The translations under genes were made by a program, and so were the position numbers. A stretch of 64,000 nucleotides of DNA from an uncultured delta proteobacterium (lineage in GTDB: Bacteria > Desulfobacterota > WTBG01): contig CAWCBP010000004.1 in assembly GCA_963793865.1 (NCBI GenBank), positions 256,001 through 320,000 on the forward strand, in the 5' to 3' direction. Positions 10,532-20,132 of the stretch are shown in pieces; position 1 is the first letter of the stretch, and every line of letters starts with the position of its first letter. The notes beneath the pieces are model-generated. The model searched no databases. It had not been told where the DNA came from and was given only the letters and a program-made list of their open reading frames with translations.

Positions 10532-10657
10532 TATAGTAAACGACTTTAAGAAATTGACATACAGAATGTCATTGCGAGCGCCAGCGAAGCAATCTCATTA
10601 GATTGCCGTGTCGCTTGCGCTCCTCGCAATGACTACTTTCTGTTGTCGTTTACTATA
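10532..10657. mobile_element. MITE-like element with perfect 13-bp TIR around a GTCATTGCGAG...CTCGCAATGAC palindrome
   Basis: tatagtaaacgac (10532-10544) and gtcgtttactata (10645-10657). Confidence 0.75.
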
Positions 10658-10722
10658 GTCGGTAAGGAAGACAAAAGACGAACGTCAAACATAAAGCAAC
10701 GCTATTCAAAAGGAGGTCTGCC

Positions 10723-12160
10723 ATGTTTAAGAAACTATCGTTGGTGATTGCTTGTTTATTGATGTTTGCAGTAACGCCGGTGATGGCGCAGGTTGACTAC
10801 TGTGAAGGCAATTTTGACAACGATCAGGACCAGGATGGATCGGACGCGTTTGTGTTTAAACAGGACTTCGGCAGAAGTTCGCTATTGGATCCCTGCCCGG
10901 TGATAGAGTGCCAGACCGCCGAACAATTGGAAATGCGGATTGCGCAGCTGGAAGCACTTACTGGCAAATGTAACCAGAGTTACTGTGGACGAACGGGATA
11001 CGATACGGTTTAGTGGAGTGAATGTGCAGATTGTTGATGGAAGCGGGACAACAGACGGAACCGTCAATGGTCTGGGTAACCTGATTGTAGGATATAACGA
11101 GCTTCGCGGCAGTCTTGATAATCGCACAGGATCACACAATATCGTGGTCGGTCGTGAACATAACTATTCATCTTATGGCGGATTGGTGGCGGGCAGTTTG
11201 AATACTATTACAGCGCCCTATGCCAGCGTGAGCGGCGGCCGGAACAATTCAGCACGATACGCTTATTCCAGCGTGAGCGGAGGAGAATTTAATACCGCAT
11301 TGGGTTACGGTGACAGTGTCAGCGGAGGTCATCATAACATAGCAAACGGCCAATATGCCAGCGTGAGCGGCGGATATAGTAATGAAGCGAGCGGGGAGGG
11401 CGCCAGCGTGAGCGGCGGGTATGATAGTACGGCAACCGGTGACTATGCGACCGTGAGCGGGGGTAGTCAAAATAGTGCGAGCAATTGGTCCGCCAGCGTG
11501 AGCGGGGGCAGATATAATCAAGCACTGGGATCCTGGTCATTTGTAGGCGGGGGCGGAAATGATGAAGCCGGATATGGCAACAAGGCATTTGCTGACTTTT
11601 CAGCAATACTGGGAGGCACTTTTAACACTGCAGGTGATCCAAATCTCGTCGACACTTCCATTGGCATATATTCCAGTATAAGCGGGGGTGTTATTAATCT
11701 TGCAAGCGGTTGGGGTGCAAGTGTGAACGGTGGCACATATAATGAAGCAAGCGGTTATTCCGCAAATGTAAGCAGTGGCTACAATAACAAGGCAATCGGA
11801 GATTACTCCTTCGTAGGTGGGGGTGGCAATGAGAATCCTGACTACGCAAATTACGCGGTTGGTAACTATTCGGCAATACTGGGGGGTGCACGGAACACAG
11901 CAGGGGATCCGAGTCATACCGAAACCGTCATCGGAACCTATTCCAGTGTCAGTGGTGGATATGATAATACGGCAAGCGGCCAGTATGCCAGCGTGAGCGG
12001 GGGAGAGCACAATACAGCAAGCGCCACTTCTGCCAGCGTGAGCGGGGGATTTATTAATACAGCAAGCGGGGCATGGTCCAGCGTGAGCGGCGGGAACAGC
12101 CAAAGCGTAACCGGTTTTGATGATTGGCGAGGCGGCTCCTGCTTCTTTTGCGAAAATTAA
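10723..12160 (+). CDS. Secreted fibre/adhesin-like protein: dockerin-like repeat, short coiled coil, SVSGGxxNxASG beta-solenoid repeats (frameshift near 10960)
   Basis: Signal peptide; CEGNFDNDQDQDGSDAFVFKQDFGRS; LEMRIAQLEAL; NGLGNLIVGYNE..RTGSHN; many 14-residue SVSGG repeats. Confidence 0.85.
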
Positions 12161-12280
12161 ATTATAGCCCGCCGTTGAATTAAGGGGACGTTGTTTCCTG
12201 GAACAACTTATTTTCCCTGAGCACAATGCATCATCGGAAGCTGCATAAATTATAGGTTGCTCAGGAACCGGCGTTCCCTT

Positions 12281-13117
12281 TTATTTCCCCGGCGGTTTGT
12301 TCTGTTGCCGGTTGTCTGAAGTGCTCCCCCGGCGCGATCCCCGCTTTCCACGCGTGGCAACCTGAACAAGATTATCACATTGTGCATACCCTTCGGGAAT
12401 GGAAAACAGCCCGGCCTCCGGTTCGGTTGTTTCAATATTTTTAAATGTGGTGACGCTGGTTCCCGGTTTTCCCCGGAGCGGTTTAAAATCGACGGCTATT
12501 TTTACGGGAAACCCCTTGAGCTCCTTTGCAAGCCATGCGGTAATATCATTTTGAGTCCCGTTTGCCATGGTCATGATGATGTGCACCTTTTTGCAGTCGA
12601 TGCCGTCCACAGTCTCCGACCCCAGATCTTCCTGTTTTTCAATCTTTGCCTTCCCGTCACGCTTTTTCTGAAATTGCCCGAGCATTTCAAGGACATCATC
12701 GGGATCAACTTTGACGTACGCCTCTTTCAGGGGAAAGACTATATACGCCTGCTTCTCAAGCAGTTCATCCAGGATAAAACAATCGGTAAGCCTGATTGAA
12801 TCCTTGCCCGGAACTTCCAGCTCACTTTTGAGGTCTATCCTGACATTGGAAAGACCTTTTTTATATACCTTGCCGTCAACGGTCACGGTTCTGCCCAGGA
12901 CTTTGGTTGTGTTCGCCATGTCGGCCGACAGGGAGATATTGATTGTTTCCCAGTCCAGGTAATCGGTGATGCGGGAAAGGTCAATGCCCGCGGCATCGAG
13001 GACGTTTTCAACCCCAAGGGTTTCGACCGCTTTCCCGATCCGGCCAAGATCAACGGCTACACTCTCGCCCGGCACGAGCAGCATGGCCATGCCCGCAAAC
13101 AAAAATAATTTTTTCAT
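12281..13117 (-). CDS. Exported DUF4412-like protein
   Basis: Signal peptide; LGSETVDGIDCKK, WLAKELKGFPVK, LFSIPEGY. Confidence 0.75.
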   Translation of the reverse strand: MKKLFLFAGMAMLLVPGESVAVDLGRIGKAVETLGVENVLDAAGIDLSRITDYLDWETINISLSADMANTTKVLGRTVTVDGKVYKKGLSNVRIDLKSELEVPGKDSIRLTDCFILDELLEKQAYIVFPLKEAYVKVDPDDVLEMLGQFQKKRDGKAKIEKQEDLGSETVDGIDCKKVHIIMTMANGTQNDITAWLAKELKGFPVKIAVDFKPLRGKPGTSVTTFKNIETTEPEAGLFSIPEGYAQCDNLVQVATRGKRGSRRGSTSDNRQQNKPPGK

Positions 13118-13234
13118 ACGCTGTTCCCGCCTCAATACCTGTTATAGACCTGCTTCATATAATACGATAGCACACCGGGTTCAAAAAAAACAGGGGCGTT
13201 ATCCAATAGCAGGCCGGGGGCTATAGGCTATGTA

Positions 13235-13263
13235 TTGACAGACAGGTGGTCCCGCTATATAAT
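13235..13263 (+). promoter_or_regulatory. Consensus sigma70 promoter
   Basis: TTGACA (13235-13240), 17 nt, TATAAT (13258-13263). Confidence 0.85.
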
Positions 13264-13326
13264 TCTTGCGGCTCAAGAGAACTTCTTCTAAAACACCAAA
13301 AACCTCAATCATAAGGAGCACAAATC

Positions 13327-13446
13327 ATGACCAAAGGCCTGGATATGAAGAAGAGCGCAAAGAAGGAATCCACAAAAACCCTGAAGGAAAAAAGAGCCGC
13401 GAAGAAACTTAAGAAGGAAGAAAAAAAGCACTTTCTGCCGTCGTAG
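13327..13446 (+). CDS. 39-aa lysine-rich small protein (not in ORF track)
   Basis: AAGGAG RBS; MTKGLDMKKSAKKESTKTLKEKRAAKKLKKEEKKHFLPS; directly downstream of consensus promoter. Confidence 0.8.
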   Translation: MTKGLDMKKSAKKESTKTLKEKRAAKKLKKEEKKHFLPS

Positions 13447-13523
13447 CGTATAGACCCCTCTCAACGCAATAATTCCGGGCAGATCGGGTGTCGCGACTGC
13501 CTTCGAACCCGGAGGGGATTTTT

Positions 13524-14468
13524 ATGAAAAAAGCAGTAATACAAATTGTACTACCGGTGCTTTGTCTCCTGTATTGCTGTGCTGTTGCTGAAGCAGCACC
13601 CGAAGATAATGGCCCGTATACCTGTACGCAATACACCCAGAGCATTACAGCGCGAGACGGAGGATCTATTTCGGCCTATGTTTTTGTCACCAGCGCCGAC
13701 GGCCCGCGCCCGCTAATCGTTTTCAGACATGGATTTGCCCGCAGCAAAGATGTTATGCAGGATTATGGCAACCATTGGGGCACGCGAGGTTTTATGGTTA
13801 TTTTAAATAATTCGCGTACCGGCATATCACCTGATTACATGGGCAAGGACTCTGATGACATGATTGATTGCGCAAACTGGGCGGTGCAGCACAGCGGTCA
13901 AGCGGATCATTACATCAGCGGCAAAATAAATCAGACCAAAGTTGTTTTTGGCGGCCATTCAGCAGGCGGCTATACCGCGGAGATTGCAACCTATAAGAAT
14001 CTTGTCCTCGGTGAAGGCGATTTTGACTGCGGGGCAATGGTCCTTTATGATCCGGTGACAACAGATGACGAGTGCGCGGAAATGATGGCACAAAGTATTT
14101 TCATACCATCTGTTATGTTATACGGGGTTCGTGATATTTGTAACAAATTTCGTGCGGGAACGGGCATCTTTGAGAATACGGCCGGGCCTTCATACGGCAT
14201 ATACGTAAAAGCAGCTGATCACTGTGATTTTGAATCCCGCTATACCGTATCCTGCGCCATCGCCTGCCTGAGGTGGCCTTTCGGCCGCTGGGACTCAAAG
14301 AGAAACAGACTGGTTAAACGGTATGGCACCGCCATGATTGAGGCATATATTAATTGTGACCCCGCAGCCTATCCTTATGTTAACGGCCCTGCTGCCCAGA
14401 GCGATACCGGCATACAGATCTATCCGGAAAGCCGCGGGCTCAGCTTGCCGCCTGACGGATGCCCATGA
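13524..14468 (+). CDS. Secreted alpha/beta hydrolase (chlorophyllase/cutinase-like)
   Basis: Signal peptide; PLIVFRHGF, GGHSAGG nucleophile elbow, LYDPV, ADHCDF. Confidence 0.85.
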   Translation: MKKAVIQIVLPVLCLLYCCAVAEAAPEDNGPYTCTQYTQSITARDGGSISAYVFVTSADGPRPLIVFRHGFARSKDVMQDYGNHWGTRGFMVILNNSRTGISPDYMGKDSDDMIDCANWAVQHSGQADHYISGKINQTKVVFGGHSAGGYTAEIATYKNLVLGEGDFDCGAMVLYDPVTTDDECAEMMAQSIFIPSVMLYGVRDICNKFRAGTGIFENTAGPSYGIYVKAADHCDFESRYTVSCAIACLRWPFGRWDSKRNRLVKRYGTAMIEAYINCDPAAYPYVNGPAAQSDTGIQIYPESRGLSLPPDGCP

Positions 14469-14542
14469 ATAATAGGTTGCTCTAGAACCAGCGTCCCCAT
14501 TTACCGTGTTGTGCAAACAAAAATTAGAAGGAGGAGACTGTC

Positions 14543-14746
14543 ATGTCCGAGACGAAATGCTGCGGTGATCACTCGATGCACATTTGTGAACTGGCGAAGC
14601 AAAAGCAGTTCAACCGGATCAAAAAAGTCACCGGCTCACCGGCCAGCATTTGCGTCAACTGCGGAAGGGTCGCAAATGAAAAAGAAAATCTCTGCAATCC
14701 CGTTTCCTTTGCCGAGATTTTAAAGGACGGCGTCTACTACTATTGA
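14543..14746 (+). CDS. Small Cys/His-rich putative metal-binding protein
   Basis: GGAGGAG RBS; HSMHIC...CVNCGRVANEKENLCNP. Confidence 0.75.
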   Translation: MSETKCCGDHSMHICELAKQKQFNRIKKVTGSPASICVNCGRVANEKENLCNPVSFAEILKDGVYYY

Positions 14747-14762
14747 TGCACGGGCTGCCTAC

Positions 14763-14925
14763 CTTACGCCACCGATCGCTTCGGGCGTCTCAATCTCACC
14801 AAGGGAGGACTCGCGCGGCGTGATGACCTTGTGTTTGACTACTGCCTTGAAGAGCGGATTCCCATCGCCGTTACCATGGCAGGGGGTTATGCGCAGAATG
14901 TGGAGGACACGGTCGACATTCAGCA
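14763..14925 (+). pseudogene. 3' fragment of a histone deacetylase-family gene
   Basis: PYATDRFGRLNLTKGGLARRDDLVFDYCLEERIPIAVTMAGGYAQNVEDTVDIQ, with no upstream coding part. Confidence 0.7.
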
Positions 14926-14931
14926 TCGTGG

Positions 14932-15498
14932 CTATTCCTTCTTGCCGGTTACCGGAATGTGCACCTCGGACCGCTTTAAAAACCAGGGCATGAAGGGTGC
15001 ATCCCAAAAAACGCCATAGGCCTCACCTTCGGGCACATACTCTTTATTGGCATTAAGCCAGCCTTCCAGCTTCGCGCGCGCCTGGTTAAAATTAGCTTCG
15101 CTGTAAGCCCCCCTGATTCCGATACTCAGAACCGACCTGGCGGGAACGGTTTCCACGCGCACATTTGTCCCGTCAGACAGCGCCTTCTTCCGGTCTTTGC
15201 TCCCCAGGTAAAACTTCATTGAAGAACGGTCTACCGTTGCTTCAACGGGTACGGTCATTGAGACCTTGTTGTCCTGGATGTAGTTAAAGAGTCTTCTGAA
15301 GAGCAGATTTCTCTCATTATAGTAGTTCCCCTTCGCCTCACTGATGAGCACGCCGGATTCCGGAATGGTCTTGATTTCTATTTTCCCTGCCGGGGTTCTT
15401 TTAAATGCCGACTCCACAAAGAAAATATTTCTGCTCACGAGTATGACGCCCAGCACAATGATAATGAGCACTACTATGATCACAAGTTTCATTGCCAT
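14932..15498 (-). CDS. SOUL heme-binding family protein with N-terminal anchor
   Basis: FRRLFNYIQ..VSMTVPV, MKFYL, PFMPWFLKRSEVHIPV. Confidence 0.85.
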   Translation of the reverse strand: MAMKLVIIVVLIIIVLGVILVSRNIFFVESAFKRTPAGKIEIKTIPESGVLISEAKGNYYNERNLLFRRLFNYIQDNKVSMTVPVEATVDRSSMKFYLGSKDRKKALSDGTNVRVETVPARSVLSIGIRGAYSEANFNQARAKLEGWLNANKEYVPEGEAYGVFWDAPFMPWFLKRSEVHIPVTGKKE

Positions 15499-15660
15499 GC
15501 CTCCCCAGAATAATCATTTTTCTTTCAGTATACCATACGGGCATTAATTCTTATACCTGTAAATTCCGGCTTTGCAGGGCATGTAAAATAAGGTTTTTCG
15601 AAGCATAAAATCAGGGTTTCCCTGATTGCGCATTTCCCGTTTTGTGTATAGAAATAGTAA

Positions 15661-15790
15661 ATACAATGCGATAAAGCCAAACCCCGAGTGATCGGGGGAC
15701 GGAAAGCCACAGTTCTATTGCGGACGCCGAATCGAAGCTAGGGCTTGCTTCCGTAATTGGTTACATAGAAGGCTGGACTGCCGAATGTAT
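15661..15790 (+). promoter_or_regulatory. Cyclic di-GMP-I (GEMM-I) riboswitch aptamer, copy 2
   Basis: Core identical to copy 1 from cgataaagcc to ttctattgc; different P3 insert; same 3' strand tagaaggctggactgccgaatgtat. Confidence 0.9.
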
Positions 15791-15820
15791 GCATAAAAAA
15801 TACAACGGCAGTTTTCTATT
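15777..15820 (+). terminator. Terminator overlapping aptamer 3' strand
   Basis: ACTGCCG-aa-TGTAT...ATACA-a-CGGCAGT followed by tttctattt. Confidence 0.7.
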
Positions 15821-15883
15821 TATTTAAAAAGGGCAATTAATGAGTTTTAACCTTTCTTATTCCGAGCCTAAGGGGGAAGAAAA

Positions 15884-17501
15884 ATGAAAACGCGACATGT
15901 TTTAACAATTGGATTTATCTATATAGCAACCGTTTTGATGACTACTCCTGCCCTGGCTGTGCCTTATTTTATCGAATACCAGGGTAAATTAATCGATAAA
16001 ATTACCTCCGAGCCGGTTACAGCGACTAATTTACCCTTCAGTTTCAGGATTTATGACGCGGAGACCGAGGGGACAATTATTTGGGGGGAGACGCAGACAG
16101 TAAACATCAGCGGCGGGATTTACAACGTATTGCTGGGTTCGGGAACACCCACGTATTATGGACCCCTGGACAAAGTGGTTTTTTCCGGTGATGACCTCTG
16201 GCTGGAGGTGGAAGTGGATGGTGAAATTCTGGTACCGAGAACGAGAATTGTCAGCGTGCCTTTCGCCGTGCGGGCAGGTGTCGCGGACAGCATGGCAAAC
16301 GGGGCAATCACCACGAACATGCTGTCAAATGACGCAATAACCTCAGCAAAGATCCAGGATGGGGCAATAAGTTCATCAGATATTCAGTCCGGTGCAGTAT
16401 CATCGGCAAATATTGCCACCGGTGCAGTGGGTTCCTCCCAGGTCCAGGATGGTAGCATCACCGCGGCTGATTTATATGGTACCGCCTGCAGCGATATTTG
16501 TGTCGAGGCGAATACGGCAGATTGTCACATCCTGTGACAGCAGGTTTGTCAATCAATCCGGAGACACCATGCAAAATACCACTGCTGTAAATCTTTTGAA
16601 TATCATCCAGGATGGTACCGGCAATGCCATCTATGCAGATTCGGATGGCGGCTTTGCCGTCCGAGGTGAATCTCATGCCGATGGTTATGCGGGTGTCGCC
16701 GGATATAATTATGCCGGTACCGGTGCCGGCATATTCGGCCAGGGAACAGACAAAGGCATCCACGGGTACAGCTTATGGATGGGCGGATATTCTGGGCATG
16801 AGGTATTTCGATAGGGATAGAAAGCTAGACGAAATTATATTTCCAGCTCAGATTCATTTTTCGGCATGCTCAAGGTGGAAAATTCGAATACCGGCGACAA
16901 TGAAGCAACCATGGCGTTTATAGAGGGAAGCGATGCAATCGGTGGTGAGTACTGGATTGCGGGAGTTGGGGCATGGGGCCAAACCAACAACTTCGTTATA
17001 GGCCGGTCAGAACCAAAGCTCATCATCACACCAGCGGGACACGCCGTGGTTCCGGTCCTTGAAATTACCGGTGGATCTGACCTGTCTGAGCGGTTTGAAG
17101 TGCGAGGGATACAGAATAAGACATTGCCATCTCCCGGAATGGTGGTGAGCATTGATGCTGAACGTCCCGGAGATTTGATAGTGAGCAACAAGGCCTACGA
17201 CCGAAGGGTTGCCGGCATTATCAGCGGTGCCAATGGTGTGAAACCGGGCATGTTAATGGGACAAAAAGGCTCTGAGGCTGACGGGTCCAACCCGGTAGCC
17301 CTTACCGGACGGGTGTACTGCTGGGCTGATGCCTCACGGGGCGTGATCGAACCCGGTGACCTGCTCACCACCTCTGATACCCCGGGGCACGCCATGAAAG
17401 TCGCGGATTATCCCGAGGCCCAGGGAGCAATCCTGGGTAAGGCCATGTCATCTCTCGAATCAGGAAAGGGGCTGGTGCTGGTACTTGTGAGCTTACAATA
17501 A
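15884..17501 (+). CDS. Secreted tail-fibre-like protein with C-terminal Peptidase_G2-like intramolecular chaperone domain (frameshifts near 16520 and 16800-16860)
   Basis: Signal peptide; YQGKL..FRIYDA..WGETQ..VLLG..SVPFA head; 10-residue GAITSAKIQD repeats; FVNQSGDTM; GGSDLSERF..PGMVV..VALTGRV..PGDLLTTS..LGKAM. Confidence 0.8.
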
Positions 17502-17548
17502 CACGGTAATCGAAACTGCAAAGAGAATCCTTTTTATGAGGTGATCTC

Positions 17549-19138
17549 ATGCAACGTCAAGGTATTCTTGCCGCCGGCATCATTATGGTCGTCACGTTGA
17601 TGGTTCCACCGCTACCCGGCGCACATGGTCAGCTGTGGCGTGAATTTTCCCACCCTGGAAATCCCCATGCAAGTCTGACCATTCCTCAGCTCTCTCAAGC
17701 GACCACAGACGTCATTGTCAATAGGCCCGTTTTGGTTGTGCTCATGGAATTCAGCGACACCACCGCGCAGGCGGTCCACAATGCTGCTTTCTGGCGGGAC
17801 CTGGTCTTCGGCCCTTCTCCCGTCACCGGGCCCAATGTTGCACAGACGTTTGGAGATAGTTCCAATGGTCGCTATGCGCTAGTACCGGCGACAGCGGGGG
17901 ACGTGTTCGACGGCAATGCTGACGGGGTTGTGGGATGGGTAAAATCATCGCAGAGCTTCTTCACGTTGACCGACCCTTCACAAAAGCGTGCTGAGGCCAT
18001 TCGGGTTGCCGATCCATTGTTCAATTACCATGTGTATGATAGCAACAATGACGGGCTGATCACCGCTGACGAACTGATAGTCTTTCCGGTCTTCGGAGAT
18101 CAGAGTGGAAACAATTGCTGCGATGATCATCCCGGTCACCCCGATCTTCCCGGCTGCATCGGTTGCGCCGGGGGTAACGCCAGGACCACCGATCCACCGC
18201 AGGTGGTCGTCGAAGCCGGAACACCGCAGGAAAAAAGAGTCCAGCAACTTGTCGCGGCCGTGGGTGAAATGGCCCACGTCGGAACCGCTGCTCATGAGAT
18301 GGCGCACTCTGCTGCCGGCCATGGTGATTTGTATCCCATATCGGGCTGCGCAACCATCAGTGATGGTTACATGTGCAACGGCGTATGGTATCCGCCTGGG
18401 CCGGGACATTACAGCCTGATGGATGATTACTTCAACCTTTACGTCACACACATTGAGCCGTGGGGGAAGATCCACCTGGGCTTCGTCAAGCCCCTCATCG
18501 TTACTCACGATGGGACTTATACACTCTATGATACCGAAACCGACCGCCAGTTTTCAGCACAGGACACCCAGCCGGAGGCCCTCATTATCCACGATCCGTT
18601 GCATGATAATCCGTACCGGGAGTATTTCATCCTGGAAAACCGGAACCTCGCGGGTCTTCCGGACCGGGGCCTGGCAGTCTGGCTGATCGATGAACAGTCG
18701 TCCACCTGGCCGGGCGGATTGGATTGGCGTATTGTAGTTCGCCTTATCCGGCAAGGGGGTTATTTCCAGGATGCTACAGCATTATGGGATGGTGTCGATG
18801 ATACCCAGGGGTACGATCTTACTGCCACCTCGACTCCCAGGAATACCAGCTGGGCTGATGGCTCTCCAAGCTACATAGAGATTTACGATATCTCCCCGGC
18901 AGGACCGGTCATGACTTTTAAAGTGCGCATGCCCCCGATCTTTATAGACCAGGCAAATGCCGGTTACGAAAATGGTTCGCGGGATAATCCATTTCACGCC
19001 ATTAATGCAGCCCTGGATGCCATTTCCGAACCCCCTCGAACCATAAAAATTGCCGGCGGATCTTATCCTGGAATAACTGTAAACACGCCATGCACCCTGA
19101 TGGGCTGGCGAAATGGAAATGCGGTGATCGGCCAGTAG
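17549..19138 (+). CDS. Secreted M6 (immune inhibitor A)-like zinc metalloprotease
   Basis: VLVVLMEFSD; YDSNNDG; HEMAHSAAGHGDLY; YSLM; WGKIHLGF; EYFILENR. Confidence 0.85.
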   Translation: MQRQGILAAGIIMVVTLMVPPLPGAHGQLWREFSHPGNPHASLTIPQLSQATTDVIVNRPVLVVLMEFSDTTAQAVHNAAFWRDLVFGPSPVTGPNVAQTFGDSSNGRYALVPATAGDVFDGNADGVVGWVKSSQSFFTLTDPSQKRAEAIRVADPLFNYHVYDSNNDGLITADELIVFPVFGDQSGNNCCDDHPGHPDLPGCIGCAGGNARTTDPPQVVVEAGTPQEKRVQQLVAAVGEMAHVGTAAHEMAHSAAGHGDLYPISGCATISDGYMCNGVWYPPGPGHYSLMDDYFNLYVTHIEPWGKIHLGFVKPLIVTHDGTYTLYDTETDRQFSAQDTQPEALIIHDPLHDNPYREYFILENRNLAGLPDRGLAVWLIDEQSSTWPGGLDWRIVVRLIRQGGYFQDATALWDGVDDTQGYDLTATSTPRNTSWADGSPSYIEIYDISPAGPVMTFKVRMPPIFIDQANAGYENGSRDNPFHAINAALDAISEPPRTIKIAGGSYPGITVNTPCTLMGWRNGNAVIGQ

Positions 19139-19233
19139 GTTCATTGTGACTGACGCACTCCTGGCAGAGCGGGCGAGGAACGATACATAAGAAACTGATT
19201 TTATGAAACGCTAATTAATAGCAGGAGACAGTC

Positions 19234-19857
19234 ATGCACAGGAAGACACATTGTATATATTTCATTATGGCTGTCATCATAACTTCTCCCCTGCCAACCC
19301 TTGCCGGAATGGTCAGCAATAGCTATTACATCCCTGCATCTATTTTTTCAGGTGGTGGTGGTTCTGTTACTTCAGACATGTATCAGGCCGATTCATCTTT
19401 GGGACAGCCCCTAACCTGCATGACACAGGAGTCGGAAAATTACGCCCTGTCTTCCGGATTCTGGCATACAATCGAGGTGGAGCCGGTGCTCGACTATGAT
19501 AATGACGGCATACCTAACAGTGAAGACAACTGCCCTGATGCTTACAATCAGGAACAGGAGGACTCCTTCCCCCCGCAAGGCAATGGCATGGGTGACGCGT
19601 GCGAGTGTGAAGGCAATTTCAATTGCTCCGCGGATCAGGACGTTGATGGTACGGATGCTTTTACCTTTAAGGCAGACTTTGGGAGGAGCATTATCCTGCA
19701 TCCATGCAATGGAGGGGATCCCTGCAGCGGAGACTTTGCCTGTGATAGTGACGTTGACGGCACAGATGCGTTTCTTTTCAAGACTGATTTCGGAAGAAGC
19801 ACCATTTTGAACCCATGCCCCTGGTGTGAAGCCGGGGTGGAGTGGTGTAATTATTAG
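19234..19857 (+). CDS. Small secreted protein: SGGGG..SLGQP..LSSGFW domain, TSP3-like repeat, tandem dockerin-like repeats
   Basis: Signal peptide; DYDNDGIPNSEDNCP; two DVDGTDAFxFKxDFGRS; ends WCNY. Confidence 0.85.
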   Translation: MHRKTHCIYFIMAVIITSPLPTLAGMVSNSYYIPASIFSGGGGSVTSDMYQADSSLGQPLTCMTQESENYALSSGFWHTIEVEPVLDYDNDGIPNSEDNCPDAYNQEQEDSFPPQGNGMGDACECEGNFNCSADQDVDGTDAFTFKADFGRSIILHPCNGGDPCSGDFACDSDVDGTDAFLFKTDFGRSTILNPCPWCEAGVEWCNY

Positions 19858-19927
19858 GCAGAAATAAAATAGTCGTTATCAGTTTTCACCTAATCACCTT
19901 TTTGTATTTTCTGGCTTTATATAATTC

Positions 19928-20085
19928 AACAAAGCCAAACCCCGGGCAATCGAGGGACTGAAAGCTGACAGTGCTGTTGCGGATTTCCAGGTTATCGATA
20001 TTTTGCTGAGGTTACGCCATGGGGTGTTCCGTCAAACTATGCCACTGTGCTCCTGACAGTGTGCTTATTCTGCCAGGAGCTTCTT
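19928..20085 (+). promoter_or_regulatory. Altered third GEMM-I-like leader with a different downstream hairpin
   Basis: aaagccaaaccccgg-gcaa-tcgagggactgaaagc..gttgcgga homologous to copy 2; canonical 3' strand not seen; gctcctgacag..ctgccaggagc-ttctt hairpin at 20049-20085. Confidence 0.55.
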
Positions 20086-20132
20086 GAATACTGACATGCA
20101 TTCATTAATTATCAATCTATAGGAGGTGTAAA

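Noticed and set aside
15884..17501. Prophage or tailocin
   Set aside because: The fibre has a signal peptide, and no capsid, tail, baseplate, lysis or integrase genes are present.
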